Positions 46,133 to 57,808 of a stretch of 64,000 bases of DNA are shown piece by piece (the stretch's first letter is position 1; every line of letters begins with the position of its first letter). Source of the stretch: Neoconidiobolus thromboides FSU 785 (taxonomy: Eukaryota; Fungi; Entomophthoromycota). Below the pieces are notes generated by a model. The model made no database searches. It saw only the letters and a list, made by a program, of their open reading frames with translations, and was not told where the DNA came from. Made by a program: the position numbers and the translations under genes. The stretch covers positions 1 through 64,000 of the forward strand of contig MU626327.1 in assembly GCA_025603075.1 (NCBI GenBank). Direction: 5' to 3'.

Positions 46133-47247
46133 TTAAGGAACAGGAGCATCTTTGGGCTTAGGAATCCCTTGTCTTTCACGTTCATCCATAAAATAACGTG
46201 CAGATTTACGAAGTCCCTCTTCTATAGTATAGAGTGGCTCATAACCAAGGAGAGTACGAGCTTTAGTAATGTCAAAATAACGATCGTTAGTAGCATTGGA
46301 AACTACAAATGGAGTTAATTTCCAAGGGATAGGTTTGATGGGTTCCAATAAGTTGATAAAGAAGGTGACTAAGTAAGCAATGAAAAAGGAAACGTAATAA
46401 GGTAACACTTTGTAAAAGGAATTTTTAGCTCCAAAGAATGTTAAAAATTTACGTGCATTATTAAAGAATGGCATTGGGGTACCATTGGTAATAAAAAAAG
46501 CTTCTCCTGCTATTTTATCATTTTCGTCCAGTTTATCAGACGCTAATATATGTGCGTATGCTGCATTTTCAATATAAGTAAAGTCAAATAAGTTGGTATT
46601 ATCTCCGATGCATATCGAAGCTTGTCCTTTGTCTAATTGACCTAAAAATCCTGGTAAATTTTGACGATCTCCAGGTCCGAATAATCCACTTAATCTTAAA
46701 CTGCATGTTTTTAAAGTCGGAGAATTAGCTTTTAATACCATATCTTCGGCAAGGTACTATCATAACTTTATTAGTTTTAAAACAATAGAATAATTGTTTA
46801 ATTTACCTTTGTATGAGAATAATCTTCAATATGGTTTTTAACCGGTGGAAAACTTTCATTCATATTTCTTATTGGTGATCCATCATATACTACAGAGCAT
46901 GATGACGAAAATACTAACTTTGGAATGTTCAAATCTTGGCAAACTTTGATCACATTTTTCATACCTTCAACGTTCACTTTATGTAAAATTGCTTTTGGCG
47001 CATTTGCTAAAGGGGATGCGGTTTGGAAGATGGTAGTTACTCCTTGACAGGCTTCACTCATAGCATCATAGCTACATAAATCCCCTTTAAAAAATTTGAT
47101 ATCATTGGTATATTCAAGTCTTTTTTCTATGTCAAATAGCCTTATTTCTATTTCAGGCCTCTCTTTTTTTCTTTCAATTAACTGATTGACTATATGTCTT
47201 CCCAAAAAGCCTTCACTTCCAATTACCAAGTAAATTTCTTTTTCCAT
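46133..47247 (-). CDS. ERG26: Sterol-4-alpha-carboxylate 3-dehydrogenase (C-3 sterol dehydrogenase), complement(join(46133..46756,46807..47247)), 354 aa
   Basis: YLVIGSEGFLGRHIV Rossmann motif. YSHTK|YLAE gives the SDR YxxxK across the intron. LFGPGDRQ and FDFTYIENAAYAHILA match the 3-beta-HSD/NSDHL family. Confidence 0.9.
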
Positions 47248-47982
47248 TTTATAAACTATTTTTGAATAATTCAACAAAGACTAATTCGAAATTAAGCTGT
47301 TGTTCAGATTTAGATTTTAGCCAATTAATTTGAGTGTCTTAAATATTAACTGTTGATTTGTTCTTTTAACATCGTATCATATTTTTAAATATGATTTAAA
47401 CTTTATGAACTCAACCCTTAAACATTTGATGAAAAGAAATGAAATAACTAAATAAAAGCTTATTTAATATTTTAAAGCCACCTTTTTATAATTTTTCTTT
47501 TGCTTATTAATCTATTACCAAAAAAATATAACTATTTTAAACTTAATATACAAAAAATCTCATAATATAAAGATAGGATAGCTTTATAAAGCTTTTGCTT
47601 TAATAAAGAAGTAACAAAAGCATCAGAAAATAATATATTGATAAATTCATCCAGTACTGATAAAAATTAAAGTTTGTTTTACTCCAAAGTTTGCCACAAA
47701 TAATAGAATGCTATTATTAAATTGAATCTACTTTTAGCCATATAAACTTTAATCAAAATCAACTCTTAATTAAGAAATCTGATAAATTAAAGGCCAATAA
47801 AAGTAGCAATTTTTGATAAAGTTATATGTTAGCACTTTTATTGGTTCTTTGGCTCATGGTACTTGGTAAAAAAGCTCATTGAATTTTTAAAACTTTTAGT
47901 ATTTAATTGGCTATTTAAAACAGGGACCAAACATTTAATAAATAAATTTTAGAATTTTATATCTTTGTTAATTTTGTAAATA

Positions 47983-50369
47983 ATGGAAACGTGTGAAAGA
48001 ACTTCACCATATAATCCGCATATTGCGCTACACGAAAAGGTACTGAATACATAATATGGTTTAGTAAATATTAATTTTATTTCTAGTCCAAAAAAATGGA
48101 AGCTGAGAATATTTATCTTACCCAAAAATTAAATTATTGTAAAAGACAGTTGGAAAAAGCTGCCGTATTAATTAAAAGGTTGTCTGCTACCCCAGATCCT
48201 GGGCCATGTAAACTGCCCCATGGAATGAGCGAAATCCAAAAAAAAGAATATGAAACAGCTATGAATGAATCAATTAAATATCGTATGGCCTACCGACAAA
48301 TTACCAATCGATTTGAAGTTCAAACTAAAGAATTAAAGGATATGAGAAGCATGGTAAATCAAATTTTAAAAGGTAAAGTGCCAGTCGAAACTTTACTATT
48401 TGAAACCCCAAATGAAAAGCAGCTCAAATCAAATGTTGAAGGATACAAAAATGATATTGAGAACTTAAAAAGAGTACATGCATTGGAAGTTGATCATTAT
48501 AAAAATGAGATCACCCAGCTTAATAATGAAGTCAAAAAATTTAAGCAGAAAGAAAAGAATGTTGAACCAAAAATTATTGAGCTTGAATATAGAGTTCATT
48601 TTTATACTAAGCAATTAAACAAAAATAGTAAAGACATCATGAAATTGAGTGAAAGAATAAAACTCCTTCTTGATGAATCACATCATAAAGATGTAATTAT
48701 TAAGAGCTTTGAAAAGAAAGTAAATACCATATGTCTTGCTCTTGACGGTCTATACAAGAAAGTGATGATTCTTGAAAAGGCGTTACGGGCTTCAGAAGAG
48801 GAAAAAGTAGCATTACCAGCTACTAAATTAGTTGAAAATGTTGTTAATATGGTCGAAAACGAAATTAGATCTACCGAGGATCCAGAAATTCTGAAGAGCG
48901 TATTAGCTACTGCAGCTGATAAAATTACTTTGTTAACGCAAGAAATTGGTAGGTTGAAAGATGAAGCTGATGGAGTTGAAAAAATGAAAGATTTGGCAAT
49001 CCAGCTTGGTAAAGAAGGTGATGATTTGAAAAAAGAAATGGTCGAAAGTAAAGACAAGAGAATTAACGAATTACTTGAGAAAATGGAAAGCCTGGAAATT
49101 TTAAATAAGGAGCTAGAGGCTAAAAATAGTGAATTGGAGGTTAAACGTATCGAACTCGGATCAAGAAGTAATCAAATAATGGATGTATCTTTAAATATTT
49201 CTGGACAAGAGGGTGAAGAATCCATAAAAAGCGTGAAAAAAAGTGATGGTATTACTGATGAAAAGAGAGACTATATTATTGAAGAAATGAAGCAGCAAAT
49301 CAAGGGACTTGATGGTGATATTGTGTTATTAAACAATAAGTTAACCTTTACTGAAGCAAGGAATAAAGAACTTGAAAACAAGTTAGCGAGTACTGAATTA
49401 ACAGCAATGAGTTTAAGTGAAAAGCTTCAAGAAATAACCGCTACCTCAACAAGCAATAATACAGAATATAGTCAAAAGATGGAAGAACTCGAGAAAAAGT
49501 TTATTCATGCCTTGGAAGCACTCAAAGACACCGAAGTTGAGTTTGAAGAACTACAAGAGCATACTGAATCTCTTTCTCAAAAGTTAGAGCTTGTTTCAGA
49601 GGAAGCATTTGATTATAAATGTCAAGTTTCGTGCCGAGAATTAGAACTTAGTGGTATGGAAGATAAAATAGCAGTATTGGAGAAAGAAAATGTTTCACTC
49701 AAGGAAGAGATTCAAGGTTTAAAGTCAAAGCTTGATCAATCAAGCAAAAATGTTCATATGACCCTCCAAACTCAAACTGAATCAGATAGTAAGATTGAGG
49801 CCTTACAATTAGAACTTAAACAATCCGATCAAGAATTATTTTTAAGCAAACAAGCTCAGGAAAAACTAAGAGGCGAACTTAATGAATTAAAACGCGAGGT
49901 TTCAATAGTCAATGAAACACTAATAAAAAAAGTAAAGGAAGAACAAGTCATTGAGGCAAAATTAATACAAGCTCAGAAACAAAATAGGAGTTACTCAGAA
50001 AAGATCAAAAGTTTACAAGTATTTAACTCTGAGTTAGCAGCTGAAAAAGAAGAGTTGTGTAGAAATATAATTGGTAAAAACAATACAAATGTATTAGATG
50101 AGAACCATCATCTAAAGGAAAGATGTAGTATATGGGAAACTAAGAATAAAGAATTAAGAGAAGAAATAACTAAATTAAATAGTAAAGCTCAAGAAGATAA
50201 GAAAAAGATTGAAGAATACCAGTGTTTAGAAGATGAAATTGAAGAAACTGTAGTTTTCTTAGAGACAAAGAATACGAAGCTTAAAGCTGATTATGAGGAA
50301 TTGGTTGAGAAGTATGAAAAATTAGAGGCGGAAAATCAGCGTTTAAATAGCCAACAGGAAGCTCAGTAA
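47983..50369 (+). CDS. Long coiled-coil protein, join(47983..48039,48087..50369), 779 aa
   Basis: E/K/L heptad-rich 757-aa ORF. A short upstream exon splices in frame (GTACTG...CTAG); that exon is less certain. Confidence 0.85.
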
Positions 50370-50504
50370 TTTTTTTAGTATCTGGAATACCTGAAGTAAT
50401 AGTTTGTAAATTATTTAACTTATTTAAAATAAAATTTATTATTATTGCATTTTTATTTTTATTTATTTGATAGTTTAGTAGTAAGTTGTTTTATGACTTA
50501 AATA

Positions 50505-50587
50505 TGAGGATTTTTTTTAAGAATTTTGTCAACTTTTAAAATAATGCTTAAAAAATCGAAAAGTGATGAAACCAAAAGTATATACCA
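50505..50587 (+). mobile_element. MITE copy 19 (internally deleted, diverged)
   Basis: TA-tgaggattttttttaagaattttg...gatgaaaccaaaagtatatacca-TA. Confidence 0.75.
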
Positions 50588-50589
50588 TA

Positions 50590-50686
50590 TGGAGATGTAT
50601 TTTTTGTTTAAGAATTTTAATACAATCTTTCCACTTAAATAGTGCTTAAAAAATGGAAAAATAATGAAACTAGAAAAACACCCCCA
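50590..50686 (+). mobile_element. MITE copy 20
   Basis: TA-tggagatgtattttttg...aaaaacaccccca-TA. It shares a TA with copy 19. Confidence 0.92.
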
Positions 50687-51481
50687 TATATTTTATTTTA
50701 ACTAAATAAAAAGTCAAAAATTTTTACAATAGAATATCTTTAAGAAAAATAATTACTTTTTTCATTAATAAGATCATACTATACTAAAATTTTGATACAT
50801 TGTTTAAATATGGATGTGTAGTACATAAAACATAAATATGATAACGTTATTTTTAAATGTATTATTTGACACATTAATTATAAACTCTAAGAAGAAAGCA
50901 TACAAACTAATAAAGATTTGATGATAAAACAGTAACATAATAAAGACAATTTTATTTAAACTAAAAAATAAAAAAGCAACTTGATTATTTTAATATCCAA
51001 TACTAATTTGGTAATTTATCAATATTGTTATTATAGTCGCTTTTATTACAATGAACTTAAATGTAATTATGGAATTATAGCTAAGTCTATGCTAAGAATT
51101 ATTTATAATATAATATAGGTCCAAATAAAGGTGACTTTTATCTGTTATAAATGACAATATAGAGAAACCTTAATAGTGAAAATTTAAAACCTAGTTTATA
51201 ACCTGATGGTTTTATATTTTGTTACAAGTATACATGTAACTGTTGAAAGCTTTGGCATCATTAGCTCAAAAAACAATTAAACGATCTTGTATACAAAGTT
51301 AACATCCAAAAGTAATAAACAAGTATCGTAGTCCTTGTATTGAAAATATGTATAAAATCATAAATACTTTAAGTTTAAAATTTAATCGTAAAACCCTTCT
51401 AGAAGGTAAAAGTAAATAGCTTACTTTGTAAATTAGCTGTGATGAAAATTTGTTAACTATATGAATAACATTGTAATGAGA

Positions 51482-53188
51482 TTATAAAGAAAGACAATAA
51501 GGATCTGGAAGTGGGGAATGAGTTAAATAGGATTTGATTTTTTCAAAAGCAAATTTGGAGTCTCTAAAACCATACATTGAGTTTATTGATAATTTTAAGA
51601 ATCTTATAAGATTTGATAAACTTTTATAAATAACATTATTATCTTCTTTAGTTAAGAAATCATTTGCTAATAAATTAATTGAAAAGTAGACTAAAGGAAT
51701 AAAATCCTCGGAATCTAATCCTATTTGGTAATAAATATCCTTCTTTAAGTGTTTTTGTTGAATTACCAAGTCAAGTAGCTTCCATATATTTACAGCGTTG
51801 TCATACATTTTGTAGCAGTAACCTCTGGAAGGCAATTTATGGAATTGAGGCGACAAAATTATTATAGGGTCTAATAATAACAACTTGCATGTATTTAAAA
51901 TGCTATAAGCACAGCTGTTAAAAAAGTGATTAGAGAATATCCTTATCCCATATTTTTTAAACTCATAAGCTTGAAATCGAGTAGCTAATTCATATATTTT
52001 ATATTCTTTTGGAGTCGATTGAACTGTTTTATCTATTTCATTTATTAGGTCATTTCTGTAACTATTTTCCTCATAAAAAATGGTTGAATTTACAATCTCA
52101 CTTTTTGTAATGTTCTTTATTATTTTATCTTTATAATAGCCTAAAAACCTACACGTTTCCATTTCTATCCAAACTATATGTGCATAGTAGGAAGATTGGG
52201 AATTGTATCCTATAGTTGAATCCAATAGCTTGCTATTTAAAAATAAAGTAATATCCTCTACAATTACAATATCCTCAGCTGAATTCCTTGCCACTGTTGG
52301 AGCACAAAGCACCTTTTTGTTTACATGCATAAACTGTTGATTCTGGTCTAATTTTAATTCATTTGGCTGGCACCATTTAATAAAAACATAAAACAAATCA
52401 ATAATTTCCCATAACTTTTCTTTCCATTTCCCATCAACTTTATTATTTTGCTTTTCAATTCCATTTTTCATTTGAATTGCACAATCAATATATATTGAAG
52501 CTGTTGCCCTTTGATTGCTATAAAAATATTCTGCAATAAGCAATGTAATTGCTGTGAGGTTTTCTAGGCAAGGCTGATCTATACCATCACTCAATAGTTG
52601 ATCAAAATTATTTAGTTGATAGTTTAATAACAAACTAAGCTCATTATCTGAAAATCTTATGATCTTATTAAATGTTTGAAACAGCATTAGCTTCAATAAT
52701 GACTTATTACTACTTTTTAATATATCCACTAGGCATTCTTTATCTATCCAATAGCCCTCAGGATCAATTCTAGTGTAATATACATCTATAAAGCAATTAA
52801 ACAACTGACTCGGGTTTATTCCGTTTGCCAACATTGATGACACTTTTAAGTCGCTTGCCGGATTATAATTGATAAGTGAAAACAAACTGGATGGAAGATC
52901 ATGACATTTTGTTAGATTGTTGAAGATCAATACTCCACGCTCAACTTCTTCCCAAAAGTCATGATTTTCTTTTTTAGCAATTAACCTTCCCCCTTTCCTT
53001 CTTCTCATTATATGCTTTAACTCTAGTACTTTCTTTTGCTTTTGAAATAAATATATCATCCATTTCAAGTAGTTTGTTAGTAAGCGCTGTTTAATTTTAT
53101 CAGACTGGTTGTTGATTTTGTATAATGTACATATAAGCTCGTTTTGCAGTAAATTTATTTGCTTATTCGCGTTATCTTTATAAGACAT
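51482..53188 (-). CDS. Highly divergent fungal TF middle-homology-like protein F, 568 aa, apparently intronless
   Basis: N-terminal helix plus NYLKW as in B-E, YYTRIDP.G.WID (similar to the Fungal_trans YF..ihp), and IYIDCAIQM...KLW. No Zn2Cys6. Confidence 0.75.
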   Translation of the reverse strand: MSYKDNANKQINLLQNELICTLYKINNQSDKIKQRLLTNYLKWMIYLFQKQKKVLELKHIMRRRKGGRLIAKKENHDFWEEVERGVLIFNNLTKCHDLPSSLFSLINYNPASDLKVSSMLANGINPSQLFNCFIDVYYTRIDPEGYWIDKECLVDILKSSNKSLLKLMLFQTFNKIIRFSDNELSLLLNYQLNNFDQLLSDGIDQPCLENLTAITLLIAEYFYSNQRATASIYIDCAIQMKNGIEKQNNKVDGKWKEKLWEIIDLFYVFIKWCQPNELKLDQNQQFMHVNKKVLCAPTVARNSAEDIVIVEDITLFLNSKLLDSTIGYNSQSSYYAHIVWIEMETCRFLGYYKDKIIKNITKSEIVNSTIFYEENSYRNDLINEIDKTVQSTPKEYKIYELATRFQAYEFKKYGIRIFSNHFFNSCAYSILNTCKLLLLDPIIILSPQFHKLPSRGYCYKMYDNAVNIWKLLDLVIQQKHLKKDIYYQIGLDSEDFIPLVYFSINLLANDFLTKEDNNVIYKSLSNLIRFLKLSINSMYGFRDSKFAFEKIKSYLTHSPLPDPYCLSL

Positions 53189-53602
53189 ATTTACTATTAT
53201 GTTTCAGTATAGGAAATAAAAGTTAATTGTACATTTCTAATTTATAAATAGGAGTAAAGGTTGGTCAAAGAAATTAGAAAGTTTATGATTCAAAACCAAT
53301 TAATTCGAAATTTCGGGTCCAAATTAAAAGTATCCCACCAAAGTTTGTACAAATTTATCTTGATTTACTAGCTTAATAAAACCCAATCTAAGTAACCTTT
53401 ATATAACTTTATATCAAGTGACACAGATGAATACAACCAAGCTTTGGAGTACATGATACTATCTAATAGATTAAATCAGTGTCTTAAAAGTAAGAGGTTT
53501 TGCTATTAACAGTTATTACCACTTAAAACATTTAAAATAAAGCAGTTATATTATAAGCATGTTTAAAGTATTTTCTTGAATTATTAAATTTTATTTAGCA
53601 TA

Positions 53603-53701
53603 CAGGGATGGATCTTTTTGTTTGGGAGTTTTACTAACAACCTTCCTACTTAAATAGCGCTTAAAAAATGGGAAAAATGATGAAATCAGTAAAACACCCC
53701 T
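53603..53701 (+). mobile_element. MITE copy 21
   Basis: TA-cagggatggatc...ttaaatagcgcttaaaaaatgg...aaaacacccc. Confidence 0.88.
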
Positions 53702-54055
53702 ATATTATTCAACTATGGTTTTTTGAACAATAGGTATAAAAAACTATATACCGAACTTTAAACATTATTTTTATCTAACGCTTTAATATCAAGACATAAT
53801 CCAATTTAAAAGTATCTTATAAGTAATTCAATATATAAACTTAATTACCATCTCATTTATATTCTGCTATTTCTCAACCATGACTTATTATATATATACA
53901 AATTTATATTTGAAAGACAAGTGAAGTTTTATTTCCTGAGCTGTACAATAAGCACTCTATTTTTTAAATACTCTTTACTCAAAAACAACGGAAGTGATTA
54001 AATGTATAAAATATGAAACTCCAATTCAATAAAAATGTTTAATCTAAAACTGATA

Positions 54056-55242
54056 TTAAGCTCTTTTATTCTTACCATCTCTTGAAGAATATTTGCCATA
54101 GTTTTTTTCTGGATCAAACACCTCCCAACGAGAAGCTGGAAATATATGTTTGTTTTTTTCATACCATGACTTTTCCATAACTTTACCGGCATGAGTCTAA
54201 CAAAATAGTTAATATTAAATGAATCCAAATATTTTGTCCTTACTTCTTGGGTCTCAATACTTGCATCAAACACTAATCTTACATCTTCCTGCACATCAAA
54301 GTTAAATAATGGCCCACATTTACCTCGAGCTTTATTTATAATAAAATCATAGAACGTATAATGCTAAAAATCGTTAATCTTAAGACATACAATAGTAATT
54401 GATTTACATGTGGAATAATAATATCTTCTTTAACAAACAGCATATTATCGGTATGAACTCCTCTTAACTCATGTACCTGTAATCGACATTTTTCTAAAAA
54501 CTTCGCTATGCTGTCTCCTTTTTTGCACTTTATAAAAAATGAATAACTAACATATAAATAAATCATCATGACAAACCTCAACTTGATAACGGTGTCCAGA
54601 ACCATCCCAATAAGAATATGTTACAGTTATCATTTCCTCTTTCAGTTCTTCTTGCCTTTGCAACCATTCGGTTTTAAACTGTTCTTTTAACCTTATTTCT
54701 TCTTCTTCTCTTTCTTTATCAGGTAAAAATGAAGTATCAACTGTTGGATCCTTGCCAAATTTTTTAACTTTTCCTGTTTCCTCTAATATAATTTTAATTT
54801 TTGTAACTATTATTAAATATTAATCATTTACCTTGGCTATCTCCTCCTTCCTCTTCGTCCTCAAATGAAAAAGACAAAGTATTACCAACGCTCTTTTTCT
54901 TCTTCTTATTTTTACTTTAAGTTACATTAGTCCATTTCCTTTTATTTTTTTGAATTAGGATTACCTTGATTTTTTACTTATTAATCCTGACTTAGAATTC
55001 CTTTCCAGTTCATTTTTAATCCTTTTGAAATCTTCTAGTTTATATAATCCTACTGTGCTTCTTTTTAAATGATTTTCTATCGTTTCTACTTCTGTAACAA
55101 ACTTATCAGCTCCTATCTTAACTTTATTATCCAATTCAATCTGTCTCTTTTGACTCTCAAATTCACTCAACATATCCGCTCTTTTCTTCTCCATTATCGC
55201 TTGACGATTACTTTCTGCTAGTCCGTTTAAATGATCCGACAT
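54056..55242 (-). CDS. XAP5: FAM50/XAP5 family nuclear protein, complement(join(54056..54196,54244..54363,54408..54527,54577..54782,54832..54914,54965..55242)), 315 aa
   Basis: [44 protein letters not shown] and HAGKV...[15 protein letters not shown]. Five frame-consistent GT-AG introns. Confidence 0.93.
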
Positions 55243-55630
55243 TTATTACTATTATTTTATTTATGAGTTAAAAATGTGTTTTAAGTTTGGATAACAGTGA
55301 GTTACAAAAATTGTATTAATTCATTCAAAAATACTTGCCCATTCAGCTCAATTCAAAAATTGGGTTTTTATAAAGATTATCGCCCAAATTTTTATTTAGT
55401 CACTGTTTTAAAACAGTTGGCAGTACGAAACCGAAATTTTTATTTTTAGCTGTTCGAATTCTTATAAGTAGTTTGGGGCAACTTCTACAGTTGAGTTATT
55501 TGTTTAAACTGTTTTTTAATATCTAATCCTTATATTTTGGCAGAGTTTATTCATAGCTTTACTCCTAAATGTATGGCTAAAAATTTCGAAAAAGAATTGG
55601 AACAATGTATCACAAAGAAGCATAAAAAAG

Positions 55631-55670
55631 ATCAATAAAATCAATAAAATCAATAAAATCAATAAGATCA
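55631..55670. repeat. 9-bp tandem repeat ATCAATAAA x4
   Basis: Directly visible. Confidence 0.85.
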
Positions 55671-56244
55671 AAGCTGAGAATAAATTAGGAGGAATTGTGA
55701 TTTTAATTCTGTCAATACTTTTTTAAGAATTTTGATTGAAAAATTCTCCATGAAATGCAAGAGCAAGAGTTGTTCCCTTGACAAATAAAACCTTGAGTTT
55801 TTAGATGAGTAGAAGCCTATTTTTCAACGACTTTAAATTTGGGCTTTTTTAACTTTTAACGTTGAGTTTTTAATTTTAAAGCCAAAAATTTAAAATTTAA
55901 TGAAATTTTAACCCTTTATTAACTCTATGATTATCCCGAAGATTATTTATGCTTACCTCTCCCCTCTATTCCGCTCCTTATTCTTCTATTCCTTCATTTT
56001 ATTAATTTAATAAATTGGTTATGGAAAATAAACATCCGAATTAATTCTATTCATAATAGTATAATTAAACTTTAATATATCTATATTTAAAATATAAAAT
56101 AATATGGCTATTTGTTAATTAAATACCATTATTATAATAAAAATAGTACTTAAAAAATAATTTATTAAACTGCAAAAACTTAAAGTTACCAATTTACTTA
56201 GATTAAGGGAGAAGAAGTAAATAGTAAATTAAATAATCGACAAC

Positions 56245-57808
56245 TCAGTTATAATACCCATAATAACAGTCATCTTCACTTTCCTCCATAGAATGCCATT
56301 GGTGTTCTCTGTAAGCTAACACACGTTTTCTTTCTTCAAATGATTGATAATCTGTACCAATAAATGGCTCTGAAATCATACTGTCCTTATTATCATAACA
56401 ATGTATAAAAGGATGTTTCAGTAGTTCAGTAGCACTAGATCTATCTTTGGGATCCGTGTGCAACATGTGCATTAGAAAATCAGCTGCCATATAAACTACT
56501 GATGGGGTATCACTAGAATTATGACTACTTGTTAGGGATCCGGTGGAGTGGTTATGATGTGAAAAGATAGAGTGACTAGGAGAATGGAAATGGGCCAAAA
56601 AGCTTTTTAGATGGGAAATAACACTTTCCGTAGTACTACTTCTAACCATATTACCACCCAAGTATTGTAGATCACAACCAGCGATATAGTGCTCTAACAT
56701 AGTACCAATTATGATTCCCGCACTATAAATATCGATTTTGGGGGTGCATAACGAATCCGTTTCAAAAACTTCAGGAGCGATGAAACCTAGATAAATGATT
56801 AGATTTCTAAATATCGAACAACCAGTAATCTTACCTGGCGTGCCACATGATGGACAAAGAATTTTGCCATCACTAAATGTTGACAAACCAAAATCTATTA
56901 GAACTAAGTCACCATTTTCATCCGACATAAGATTACTAGGTGTAATATCCATATGAACAATTTGAGCTTTGTGGATGCCTTCAAGTGCCTAAAAATTAGT
57001 TAGTAAAAATAAATGATATCTTTAATCAACTACTCACTTCTAATAATTGTTTTGAATATTTTGCAACGGTTACTAAATCTATTTTCTCAAGCTTTAAAGG
57101 CTTAAGTACAGGTAATACTAAAACTTGGTGACCTTGATTGTCAGTAAAGGTATCTAACAATTGCACCACATGAGGTAAACCATGAACTGAGTTTAAGAAC
57201 AAAAGTTCACGTTCAGCGTCTTTAATATTATACACTGTCTTAAAGGCAAGAGGTGAAAAATCACTTGCGCTAACTCCAAACTCGACTTTGGACATAGTTG
57301 TCTAAATAAAGATAGTTAATAAATATATATTTGATAAGGTCATAATAATCCTACCTCACGCATTGGAATAGTTTCATTAATAATGTAATCTTTTTTATGA
57401 GCTGATATTCGACGCTCGCAAGGAGCTAAATAGGCGTCAGATGTAATATACTCATTTTTTGTTTCATCTGATGGAGTAGGGATGCCTGCAGATGAAGAAG
57501 AGATATCTTCTAAATAAACTGGTTAGCATATGTGCTATTTTTTATTCAATTAATCCAAAACCCCAAAATAAAGTATTAACTTAAATTGAGTCTGGTTTAA
57601 GTAAAAGAGGTAAATTACCATCTGAATCCTCCTTGGCTGATAAGGGGGCAATCACAGATGGTATCCTTTTACGAGGACAATCCTTACTTAAATTACATTT
57701 GTCATCAGAACGAGATATCATAATTGGAGAACATATTGTTTTTGAACGAAATTCTTTTTTAAATAAAGAGTTCATCATACTGTAGTTTGATTTAGAGATA
57801 AGATTCAT
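56245..57808 (-). CDS. Ser/Thr protein kinase, complement(join(56245..56786,56835..56988,57038..57301,57355..57509,57619..57808)), 434 aa
   Basis: LAFK, ERE (alphaC), VHMDITPSN, LIDFGLS, CGTPG|FIAPE and DIYSAG. The 48-nt in-frame intron 56787..56834 is read through in the track. Confidence 0.85.

Noticed and set aside
15109-49057. Short ORFs antisense or out of frame to real genes (15109, 18965, 35388, 38648, 39640, 40762, 40866, 42787, 44049, 48683)
   Set aside because: Shadow ORFs of genuine CDSs or pseudogenes, with no independent motifs.
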